Part shown: positions 36,336 to 44,751 of the stretch, in pieces | Layout of the letters: the number at the start of each line of letters is the position of its first letter | Position numbering within the stretch: the stretch's first letter is position 1 | IMG/VR virus record: IMGVR_UViG_3300023048_000002 | Span: 96,001 to 160,000 of that record | DNA: 64,000 bases | Source of the DNA: a virus | Lineage: Duplodnaviria; Caudoviricetes | Strand: one strand, 5' to 3' | Made by a program: the position numbers and the translations under genes | The notes under the pieces: generated by a model | What the model saw: the letters and a program-made list of their open reading frames with translations, nothing else | Database searches by the model: none | What the model was told of the DNA's origin: nothing

Positions 36336-36853
36336 GATTTGCTTGCCTCTAGGATTTTCATCCACTTCTGTGACTTCTTGGCAATGTATACCTGAAGTTC
36401 ACTGATAATTTCTTCTGGTGTCATTGTTGGGTTCATCTTTGATACAGAATCTAGAGCGCAATTGATGACATCTGCACATTCACCGAATTCTGATTCACCC
36501 ATTGGCTTGTTGATCTTACCACGCTTAATCTGAATGGCTGTTACAAGCTCGCCATGTTCTTCTGTCAGCTTATGTAGAACATCGTCTACCGTCCAGCTTG
36601 CAGGTGCAGTGCGGCCAATCTTGATGATATCTAGGAATAGATCACGGAAGTCCGCTTTCTTCTGTTCTACTTCCAACTTCTTGAGTCGGAATTTATCAGC
36701 AGATACGAGGAATGAAACGGCTAGCATTTCTTCCATCTTAATCGGGTCTTTGTAGGTTTCTGATCTGATCTTCTCTGGCTCAACGTAATCAAGAATTTCT
36801 TTGATCTTTTGCTTTGATAGTTCAATCGGGTTTGTGTTGGTAATGTTGCTCAT
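36332..36853 (-). CDS. MazG-like pyrophosphatase
   Basis: KLTEEHGEL...ECADV. Confidence 0.75.
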   Translation of the reverse strand: MSNITNTNPIELSKQKIKEILDYVEPEKIRSETYKDPIKMEEMLAVSFLVSADKFRLKKLEVEQKKADFRDLFLDIIKIGRTAPASWTVDDVLHKLTEEHGELVTAIQIKRGKINKPMGESEFGECADVINCALDSVSKMNPTMTPEEIISELQVYIAKKSQKWMKILEASKS

Positions 36854-37371
36854 GCAGAGTAATCCATAATGTCGAGTAATCGTTGATCCCAAAATTCATT
36901 ATACATGTTAATGACTGGAACGTTATTTTCTGATGCGATTGATATTGCTTGGCCTGTTCCACCAGTACGTCTTGATCTTGTTTTGTGGGTTTCACAGCCA
37001 TCCTGCGTCCAACATAACACAAATGTTGCTGGTGATGCAAGGTCAAGACCTAAAACTTGATGGACGTTTCTAGCCATTAATTTTTTAACTGATTGCTTTA
37101 AGCCTTTCCAGTTAGGGTGATATTGAGAAGCAATGTATTCAGCTTCATCATCTTGTTCAAACAATTTTGAAGTACTCTTACCGAACCCTTTCCATGGAAT
37201 ATATATTTCCATATTTCCATTAGTACATCCAAGTTCAAAGGCCATGTCCGCACCCGGAGCATGGCCTGAACGAAGTGTATAATTTTCCTGTAAGGCACCA
37301 GCAATTTTGGTCATCTTGCGAAGAATCCGTTTAGGTGACTCGCGTGATCCAATTCCAGAATATGCGTACAT
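36850..37371 (-). CDS. SLOG/DprA-like Rossmann protein
   Basis: YSGIGSR, LRSGHAPGAD, GGTGQA. Confidence 0.8.
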   Translation of the reverse strand: MYAYSGIGSRESPKRILRKMTKIAGALQENYTLRSGHAPGADMAFELGCTNGNMEIYIPWKGFGKSTSKLFEQDDEAEYIASQYHPNWKGLKQSVKKLMARNVHQVLGLDLASPATFVLCWTQDGCETHKTRSRRTGGTGQAISIASENNVPVINMYNEFWDQRLLDIMDYSA

Positions 37372-37382
37372 GCCTGTTTCCT

Positions 37383-37973
37383 TTACTGTGATAAGCTTAG
37401 CATATGGTCTCTGTAAATGCTCATTTCAGCAATCGAGAATTTGATGTCATCTAAACCGCGATGGCTTGATGGTGCTAGCTTTAGAGCATCAGCCTTACGA
37501 TAAACGTCAGGTAGAATTCTCTTATAGACTTCCTTGAAGCTAGATACATCGATTAAACGATAATGCAAGAACTTTGCAAGCATTGGCATCTGCGCATCAA
37601 TGAAATTCCTATCCAATCGTACACTATTACCACAGATTGGTGATGAACCCGGCTTGACGCCATGCTCAGTCAGGTATGCACAAATCAATGAATCGGCTGC
37701 TGATGTTGTGATTGCAGATTCCTGAATGTCATAAAGAAGACCATTACTTGTGTGCATATTCAAAACATAATCATCCATCAATTCCAGTACATATTCAATA
37801 GGGTGGAAGATAACAATCTTCAAGCCTTCATCGAGAATGTTAAAGTATTCATCAGTGATGTGCAGGCCGACTTCAAGAATCTTGTGCTTTCTGCAACCTT
37901 CCATCTGATTATCACCGTCAAGACCTGTTGTCTCAAGGTCAATCCAAACTAATTTATTATTCATTAAATTCAT
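37383..37973 (-). CDS. orn: Oligoribonuclease
   Basis: WIDLETTGL, GNSV..DR.F, LHYR.IDVSS, HR.LDDI. Confidence 0.92.
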   Translation of the reverse strand: MNLMNNKLVWIDLETTGLDGDNQMEGCRKHKILEVGLHITDEYFNILDEGLKIVIFHPIEYVLELMDDYVLNMHTSNGLLYDIQESAITTSAADSLICAYLTEHGVKPGSSPICGNSVRLDRNFIDAQMPMLAKFLHYRLIDVSSFKEVYKRILPDVYRKADALKLAPSSHRGLDDIKFSIAEMSIYRDHMLSLSQ

Positions 37974-38480
37974 TTATCCGTAGGTCATACACATAGGACA
38001 TTGGCCTTCGTATATTCTATATTGGTCAACATCAACAATTGTTGTCTGTACACCGGGTGAAGTAAGCTTTGATGTTACTTCACCAACATTTTGTGTAACA
38101 GCTTTGAAATTTTCTGGTAGTTGATAATGTCCATGTGGTGCAGGCTTACCAGTTTCATCAAGATTTACAAATACAATTTCTGCAACCTTGACAATCTCTT
38201 GCTGGGTTCTCTTATTTCTTAAAGAACAGCCTACTGTAATAGATGTCTTACCAACCTTTACTACTTCCATACCAATCTCAACGATTTCACCCTTACGTGC
38301 TGGTGCTTTGAAGTCGATGGTACTCATGACCTTTGTAACTAAATGAATAGGGTACTTCAACTGACAGTAAGCAAAGATTGCAGCCTCTTCATCAATCCAT
38401 TCTAAAGCTCTCCCGCCGAACAATGTTCCAGCGGGATTTAAGTCTTTGTCCATAACCATCTTTCTGGTTCGGTATTCCAT
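37974..38480 (-). CDS. HotDog acyl-CoA thioesterase
   Basis: DLN..GTLFGG..L.WIDE. Confidence 0.88.
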   Translation of the reverse strand: MEYRTRKMVMDKDLNPAGTLFGGRALEWIDEEAAIFAYCQLKYPIHLVTKVMSTIDFKAPARKGEIVEIGMEVVKVGKTSITVGCSLRNKRTQQEIVKVAEIVFVNLDETGKPAPHGHYQLPENFKAVTQNVGEVTSKLTSPGVQTTIVDVDQYRIYEGQCPMCMTYG

Positions 38481-38660
38481 TTAATATCCTTTCGTATTCT
38501 TGTACCATCTTCCCTTCAGTTGAAATGAAGTTGAAAAAGTTGGAATCAATATTAGCTTGTCTTCACATTTTTCACAAGTCTGGTTTTCAGCATTTGCGAA
38601 TGAAACGATCTTATCTTCTTTGGTGTCACACTTAAGACACATGTAAGTATGAATTGGCAT
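38481..38660 (-). CDS. FmdB-family zinc ribbon protein
   Basis: MPIHTYMCLKC...CEKC...FQLKGRWY. Confidence 0.8.
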   Translation of the reverse strand: MPIHTYMCLKCDTKEDKIVSFANAENQTCEKCEDKLILIPTFSTSFQLKGRWYKNTKGY

Positions 38661-39214
38661 TAGACACTCTTAATTACGAAAGGGGCAGACACTCCGGCAG
38701 AGTGTGCTGATGCAGCTTCTAGAGCCATTGTAATTCTTTTATCTGGTGTCAGCTTCTTATCCAGACGTTCAGAGGTGAACATTGAACCAAGCGCCAAATC
38801 ATCACCACAACCACATGCATCATAATCAAGCGATGGAATACCTACTTGGAAATCCGTATCAATTTGATATAGCTGGCTCTTATATCCTAACAAGAAAATG
38901 CCACCAAGAACTGAATGATCTTCATCATCCTTGGGTAGGAACCCATGTTCCTTGTAACATTCAATAAGTGATGGGATGAATGTTCTAACCAAATATTCCA
39001 TGTCTTCAACGCCTTCCATACGTGCTGGAATGTCGAATGCATAGCGGATGATCTGGCCCATTCTAAAAGAAGATGTGAATCCGAAAATCATTTCATCCTT
39101 TACAAAAACCTTTTCATCAACTCTTACGGTCTTCTGAAAGTTGGTGTTTGATCCTAAAGAATCACCACCGATGTAAATTTTATCGTTATGTTTTAGCCCT
39201 ACAATACAAGTCAT
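38660..39214 (-). CDS. HslV/proteasome-beta-like Ntn peptidase
   Basis: MTCIVG..GGDS; K; GCG...ALG. Confidence 0.8.
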   Translation of the reverse strand: MTCIVGLKHNDKIYIGGDSLGSNTNFQKTVRVDEKVFVKDEMIFGFTSSFRMGQIIRYAFDIPARMEGVEDMEYLVRTFIPSLIECYKEHGFLPKDDEDHSVLGGIFLLGYKSQLYQIDTDFQVGIPSLDYDACGCGDDLALGSMFTSERLDKKLTPDKRITMALEAASAHSAGVSAPFVIKSV

Positions 39215-39217
39215 TTA

Positions 39218-39763
39218 TTAACCTACTTTCTTCAAAAATTTTGATTTCTTTTCTAACGCTGTTTTGAAGTCTTCAATATTATCAACCTGCGTGATTCCAT
39301 ATCTCTTACAAATGATATCTACATTTCCCTTTCTAAAAAACTTCTCAGGACACAATACTACAGCCTTCTCCGGGAATTTACCTGCTATCAAACCTAGCTC
39401 TGCTAAAGTGATAGGTGATTGGGTGTTCTCATCAAAGTAAACAATTACCAGACTAGAGTTTTCAATATGGGTTAGCTCCCATGTTACCTGCTCATTAAAT
39501 TGTTTATTTTCTATGGTCTGCTTCCATGAAGAGTCCCAATCATCTCTACGTGGATTTACAATATAAATGTTGCTGAATGTCTCTAACAAATCTTCCGTAA
39601 CTTCAGTCTGCCAATCCTTAGCCTTACCCATTTCAATGGAGCCAGCCAAGAAAACTGTAACTGAATTATCTCTAGGAACAATCACCTTTTCTGGTGCTTT
39701 AAAAACTCTATTTCGTTCTTTTTCTTCTTTACCTAAAAATACTTCTTCAAAAATCATACTCAT
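39218..39763 (-). CDS. Nucleoside 2-deoxyribosyltransferase-like protein
   Basis: FLAGSI, NPRR, QV.WEL, SPITL.ELG. Confidence 0.85.
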   Translation of the reverse strand: MSMIFEEVFLGKEEKERNRVFKAPEKVIVPRDNSVTVFLAGSIEMGKAKDWQTEVTEDLLETFSNIYIVNPRRDDWDSSWKQTIENKQFNEQVTWELTHIENSSLVIVYFDENTQSPITLAELGLIAGKFPEKAVVLCPEKFFRKGNVDIICKRYGITQVDNIEDFKTALEKKSKFLKKVG

Positions 39764-40172
39764 TCCTATTCTGTAATTTTATATCCATTTCTACGATAAG
39801 TGCATCACATTGTCTGTTGCACAAATCAAGATAAACTCTTTCATGTAGGTTCTGTCTTCGATCAAAATCTGAAAGAAGAACTATTGAATTCATATAATCT
39901 CTTCCAATAGTTCTTGAATCATCATATTTTTCAATTGTTACATACTTAAAAATTTGATCAATAAGTGCCATAGTTGGAGCCATATCTTTTGATCTAAGAT
40001 ACTCTACATAACTATTTTTCAATTGGTCTCTTATGTTGTGGGGGGTTATTGTAAAAACAAACCATTTAATCCCATCTTGCGTTATAGTTTCTATGATTTT
40101 TTTCATTAGGAACTTAGTGCTACCACATCCTCTACTTGGTTTTTTCAACCATATAATGTTATTCTTCACCAT
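39747..40172 (-). CDS. Hypothetical protein, degenerate terminase-ATPase-like
   Basis: PSRGCGST; IG....IVLLSDFD. Confidence 0.4.
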   Translation of the reverse strand: MVKNNIIWLKKPSRGCGSTKFLMKKIIETITQDGIKWFVFTITPHNIRDQLKNSYVEYLRSKDMAPTMALIDQIFKYVTIEKYDDSRTIGRDYMNSIVLLSDFDRRQNLHERVYLDLCNRQCDALIVEMDIKLQNRNEYDF

Positions 40173-40725
40173 AATCAGTTACAATCTCTCTATTACCCAT
40201 GTAAGAAACAATTTCATCAAGGTGGAATGGACGACCTTCATACTTTCCAGTAATCCATTTACTATCGATCCCAACATCAACGGATTTTCCTAAAGGTGGC
40301 ATTTTTCCATGAACATGCCCAAAGAGTTGGAAAGAACCTCTATTGCTTCCATCCCATGATCGCATCGGGTAGTGTGACATAATTATTTTTATTTTGTTAT
40401 CAAATCTTAACTCTCTGTAATGCTGAATAGATTTGAATAGTCCCTGATCAAGATATTTCTTTCTTTCATTGAAAATAGCTTTATCATGGTTTCCTAGAAT
40501 CAAATGTTGTTGACCTTTCAATCTACTAAGAATTTCAATCGTCTTTTCAGTATTACCAAATGAGAAATCTCCAAGGTTCCAGACATGATCTAGATCATGT
40601 ACGTTTGCGTTATTCCATTCAATGAATGCATCATTCATATCTTCCACAGATTCATATGGTCTGCCTGTGAATTTCAGAATGTTCTTATGATGGTAGTGTT
40701 GATCACTAGAGAACCATGTGTTCAT
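40159..40725 (-). CDS. Calcineurin-like metallophosphoesterase
   Basis: SD.H, LGD, GNHD, GHVH. Confidence 0.88.
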   Translation of the reverse strand: MNTWFSSDQHYHHKNILKFTGRPYESVEDMNDAFIEWNNANVHDLDHVWNLGDFSFGNTEKTIEILSRLKGQQHLILGNHDKAIFNERKKYLDQGLFKSIQHYRELRFDNKIKIIMSHYPMRSWDGSNRGSFQLFGHVHGKMPPLGKSVDVGIDSKWITGKYEGRPFHLDEIVSYMGNREIVTDYGEE

Positions 40726-40852
40726 TTTTATTATTTCCTTTACCCGCCCGATTATATCATGTAAAGATTAATCTATCAATATCAAAAGATGTTGATTTTA
40801 TATGGTTCACTCTATATCATCCAATAAATAAGAATACTATTGGAGTTCTTTC

Positions 40853-41197
40853 ATGAAAATTTTTGATATCCTGACAGAAGATGTTGGCGCAGCAGTGGCC
40901 TATAAGAATCTGTCACCCCTACAGATTGGCCTTTTGAAGAAAATTGCCGCAGGTCGTTTTGATGTTCAGGTTGCTTCGCCACAAGCTCAGGATGCATTTG
41001 ACCAGTTGGCTAGCTATCGTCTAGTTGATGATTTAAGTGGTGAACTGACGCCTAAGGGTCAGGCTGCTCTAGCTCTTGCTCAGAAGTATGGTACATTCAA
41101 GTCAACTGCTGGTACGCGTCCTGCACAGCCTCAGGATGATCAAGCACCGGATGATGGTAGCTTTGAAGATGATCTAGATGCAATTGACATCAGCTAA
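40853..41197 (+). CDS. Late protein with capsid-targeting-like N-terminus
   Basis: MKIFDILTE; LTPKG wing-like motif; TAAATA promoter. Confidence 0.6.
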   Translation: MKIFDILTEDVGAAVAYKNLSPLQIGLLKKIAAGRFDVQVASPQAQDAFDQLASYRLVDDLSGELTPKGQAALALAQKYGTFKSTAGTRPAQPQDDQAPDDGSFEDDLDAIDIS

Positions 41198-41263
41198 GTT
41201 TCTATATGCTATAAACAATAAAAGCGCCTTTCGGCGCTTTTATTTTATCTGTGATTTGTGATA

Positions 41264-41893
41264 TCACTTCTTATTGAAGATATCCGAAAGGAACTTATTA
41301 AATTCCTTGGCAAAATACTTCTGTGCCGCTGGATCATACTGCATCTGTTCTGCAAGAGTTAGGGTCTTGATACCAGACTTCATCTGCTGAAGAGATTCAT
41401 ATACTGGAACAGGCATTGCACCGGCTGCTGATGGAACGCATACGATATCTACGGTCTGAACCATGAAGTTTTCAACAATACCTTCATTAGTCACTGATCC
41501 TGCGCCACGGGATGAAACACCCGGACGGAAACCATTCTTAATCAATTCCTTTGCAATTGAGCCATATGGAGTATTAAGAATCTTCATCTTACCTACAGCA
41601 TTGTTACCATCCATTCTAACTTCAGTAATAACGTGTGAAACCGACTGTAATTCAGTCATTAAACGATCTGCCGGGTGATCCAATTCACCAGCTACGCTAC
41701 CATGAGACTTAATAGTCTCATTAAGACTAGCAACAGCCTTGACCATTTCATCTAGAGGGTACACACGACCATTACGATTTTTAATCGAGGCCTGCATGAA
41801 AATACCATTCAAGTATACATCCTTGCCTTCATTACTAGCTTCAGTAATGATGTTACCTTCATTGGCGTTTAATGATTCAATTAGTAATTCCAC
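41264..41893 (-). CDS. gp21: Prohead protease (gp21-like)
   Basis: GIFMQA..KNRNGRVY, GELDHP, SH, GVSSRG.G. Confidence 0.95.
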   Translation of the reverse strand: MELLIESLNANEGNIITEASNEGKDVYLNGIFMQASIKNRNGRVYPLDEMVKAVASLNETIKSHGSVAGELDHPADRLMTELQSVSHVITEVRMDGNNAVGKMKILNTPYGSIAKELIKNGFRPGVSSRGAGSVTNEGIVENFMVQTVDIVCVPSAAGAMPVPVYESLQQMKSGIKTLTLAEQMQYDPAAQKYFAKEFNKFLSDIFNKK

Positions 41894-41902
41894 TATTTTT
41901 CC

Positions 41903-42382
41903 TTAAGCCTTCTTACTGGCTTTAACGTTATCTATAATCTTTTTGGCCTTTGCCTTAGCTGGGCCATCCTTGTTCGTTACTTCACCGTCCTTACCATCTT
42001 CAAAGCTACTAATGTTCTCTTTAGATTCATCGCGGTTTGGAAGCTTCTGGATTTCTGATTCATAATCCTTAACTTCGTTTAGCTTGTGTTCTTCGCCAAC
42101 ATGGACATAGAGGTCTTTCAAGCTATCGAACTTCTTTGACTTGCCACCTGATGCGGTGTATTGAATACCCTTATCATCATCAGCATCATGCTTAACCTTG
42201 CCAACAGCCTTGCCGTTTACAAATAGGTCTTCGCCCTTTAGCTTAATTGGTGACTCTTCTTTTTCTCTCAAGACATCCTTGGCTTTCAAAGTTGAGTAGG
42301 TTTCCCAAGCTGCCTTGGCTGCTACATCATCTTTCTTAATTACTGCATCAACGAAATCTCTTAAATGTTGTTTTGTACTCAT
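41903..42382 (-). CDS. Prohead core protein
   Basis: Between gp20 and gp21; L.E cleavage-like sites. Confidence 0.55.
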   Translation of the reverse strand: MSTKQHLRDFVDAVIKKDDVAAKAAWETYSTLKAKDVLREKEESPIKLKGEDLFVNGKAVGKVKHDADDDKGIQYTASGGKSKKFDSLKDLYVHVGEEHKLNEVKDYESEIQKLPNRDESKENISSFEDGKDGEVTNKDGPAKAKAKKIIDNVKASKKA

Positions 42383-42394
42383 ATCATATCCTCG

Positions 42395-42580
42395 TTAGTT
42401 TTTAGCGTTAGCATATAGTAGATACTGAAGAAGAGAATTTACTTCTTCCTTATCGTGATCCTGTTTGGTTGGTTCTTCTGTTGTAGCCTTTCCATCATCA
42501 ATATTTTCGTCTCCTAAAATATAACGATAAGGGGCAAGCTTGACATCATTAAGGTGTTTTTTAAAACTACCTACTTTCAT
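42395..42580 (-). CDS. Small head-module protein
   Basis: Coupled ORF. Confidence 0.5.
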   Translation of the reverse strand: MKVGSFKKHLNDVKLAPYRYILGDENIDDGKATTEEPTKQDHDKEEVNSLLQYLLYANAKN

Positions 42581-42831
42581 GCTGCACCTCCTGATGCACC
42601 ACCAGCCGATCCACCAGAACCACCGGCAGAACCGCTACCATCTGCTGATGCACTAGCACCAGTAGAAGATGAGCCATCCGTGGCTCCATTTCCATCCGTA
42701 GAACACTGTCCGCTCAAGTTCGAACCCAATCCACCATAGACAGATTGCTTCACCTTATTAACAACCTTCTTAGGCTTTTTATCCTTGAAGGCGTTAGGGA
42801 GTTTCGAACCAAGCACATCTAAAATCTTCAT
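42577..42831 (-). CDS. Small Gly/Ser-rich head-module protein
   Basis: Coupled ORF. Confidence 0.5.
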   Translation of the reverse strand: MKILDVLGSKLPNAFKDKKPKKVVNKVKQSVYGGLGSNLSGQCSTDGNGATDGSSSTGASASADGSGSAGGSGGSAGGASGGAA

Positions 42832-42834
42832 GGA

Positions 42835-42978
42835 TTAAACGCCATCCTTTGATGGTGCTTCCTTGAGTAAATCTTTTGATTTCATTTCAACATAAGCGTG
42901 ATGAAATTCCTTCGCTTTCTGCTGGTCGCCATTAGTCAATGCTTGTACCATTTGACTCAAATATTCTTTTGGTGTCAT
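42835..42978 (-). CDS. gp67-like prohead core protein (47 aa)
   Basis: MTPKEYLSQMVQALTNGDQQKAKEF; similar to N-terminus of 41903-42382. Confidence 0.55.
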   Translation of the reverse strand: MTPKEYLSQMVQALTNGDQQKAKEFHHAYVEMKSKDLLKEAPSKDGV

Positions 42979-43030
42979 TTATAGAATTCCTTCACAGTGT
43001 GTGATTATCATTATTTATGTTCGTAAGCTC

Positions 43031-44716
43031 TTAAGACTGCTTTTCAGATGATTTACTTGGTGATGATGTTTTGCTATCTGGCGTTTCAGAGCCGGTATCT
43101 GTCTCGGTATCATCGCCTTCACCACCGTCATCTACATCACCTAAATCACCACCAAGATCACCACCTCCACCACCAGTTAGACCACCATCGTAGCCACCAG
43201 AGTCAGCATTATTTGGTGAGTAAATCTTAGCCATATTCTTCTTGCCACCATTTGGATCAAGACCTAAGTCCTCAGCCTTCATACGTTCATTCAGGATCAA
43301 CTCTTCTTTAGTTAGACCCAAGTACTTAGTACCAATGAAACGTGGGGACAACCATTCAATACCTGAAGCTGATATAGCCAAGTTAACCAATGAACTATTA
43401 ATTTCATTATCACGCGATTTCTTGAAGTTGCTTGGTGATGGTAGAACAATCTTATAAACAGTAGGATCAATATTGACCTTCATGTCGTTCTGTAGGAAAC
43501 GCTTGAATTCTCGGTCTAGAACATCTTCAAAGTGAACCTGAAGCTGTTCAATATATAGTGTGAACTTGATTTCCTGTTGATATGCAATACCGACCTTACC
43601 GTCATTAAATGGTGTACCACCAGTTGCGGTGTTATCCATATATGACTGAGGAATACGCAAAGCTCTCCACATCTTATTGTAGAAGTAATCCAATTCCTTC
43701 AATTCACCTAGACCCTGACCGCCCGGTAGAGTTTCTACTGTTGAACCCTGACCATTTCTCATAGCGAAGAAGAAATCTTCATTCATTGAGGTTGGTGAGT
43801 AGATTGATTCGACCTGATTACCGCCACCATATGGTGATGGAATCTTTCTCTGTTTAATTTCATTTTTAGCATTTTCAAGAATCTGAGCCTTCAACTGTGG
43901 TGGGGTATTACCCAATTCAAGTTTAAAGACACGCTTTTCCGGTGCACGCTGGATTCTGTAAATCAATACTGAATCTTCAAGCAACTGCTTCTGCTTAAAG
44001 GTTCTGTAGATAGCACGAAGAATTGACTGACTGAACGGAGCTTCATCTGACATATCATCATGTAGGCCAAAACGAATCACATCTTCGGCATTATAGTTTT
44101 CAACATTATATGATTCTGATGAAACCCCCGGAGTCTGAAAACTTACGTTATCAATTGCTTTATCATAGTCATTTCTTATCTGCCAACCTAGGATGTTATG
44201 AACATCACTCTTTGCCACGGCGGCCCCAATAACATGCTTTGGGTGTACATATGCAAATGGTTTAGATATTTTCTGTCCTCTGAAAAAGAAAGAGTCTCCA
44301 TACTTAATAGTGTTTCTAACCAAGAAATATAGACGGCGGTTCCATCTATGTACATTACACCAAGTTCTCAATGCTGCCTGTAGAGTTACAACATGAGATG
44401 ATGGTACGTCTTGCTCGTTACCAACTGTAATTTGAAGTTCCAAAGGCATATCACTCTTTGGGTTATTACCAATAATTTCTTCAGCGATGATATCCAATGC
44501 TCTAGATACGTCAGTATCTTCATCCATCATATCGAATTCACGATATCTCTGTAATCTTGCAGAGCTACCCTGAATGAGCTTGTTCATCCAACTGTAATTA
44601 CCATATAAACCCTGATCACCAGATGTGTCCTGAGAGTCGGACATGCTAACTTTGGCCGATTGAGGGTCAATAATTTTATAGAATTTGGTAATTTTTCCGC
44701 GATCTGATGCAGCCAT
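43031..44716 (-). CDS. gp20: Portal protein (gp20-like)
   Basis: LEDS.LIYRIQRAPEKRVF; EDFF; VETLPGG; ALRIP. Confidence 0.96.
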   Translation of the reverse strand: MAASDRGKITKFYKIIDPQSAKVSMSDSQDTSGDQGLYGNYSWMNKLIQGSSARLQRYREFDMMDEDTDVSRALDIIAEEIIGNNPKSDMPLELQITVGNEQDVPSSHVVTLQAALRTWCNVHRWNRRLYFLVRNTIKYGDSFFFRGQKISKPFAYVHPKHVIGAAVAKSDVHNILGWQIRNDYDKAIDNVSFQTPGVSSESYNVENYNAEDVIRFGLHDDMSDEAPFSQSILRAIYRTFKQKQLLEDSVLIYRIQRAPEKRVFKLELGNTPPQLKAQILENAKNEIKQRKIPSPYGGGNQVESIYSPTSMNEDFFFAMRNGQGSTVETLPGGQGLGELKELDYFYNKMWRALRIPQSYMDNTATGGTPFNDGKVGIAYQQEIKFTLYIEQLQVHFEDVLDREFKRFLQNDMKVNIDPTVYKIVLPSPSNFKKSRDNEINSSLVNLAISASGIEWLSPRFIGTKYLGLTKEELILNERMKAEDLGLDPNGGKKNMAKIYSPNNADSGGYDGGLTGGGGGDLGGDLGDVDDGGEGDDTETDTGSETPDSKTSSPSKSSEKQS

Positions 44717-44751
44717 TTAGTTATCTCATAATGTTGTATTTATTAATGCGT

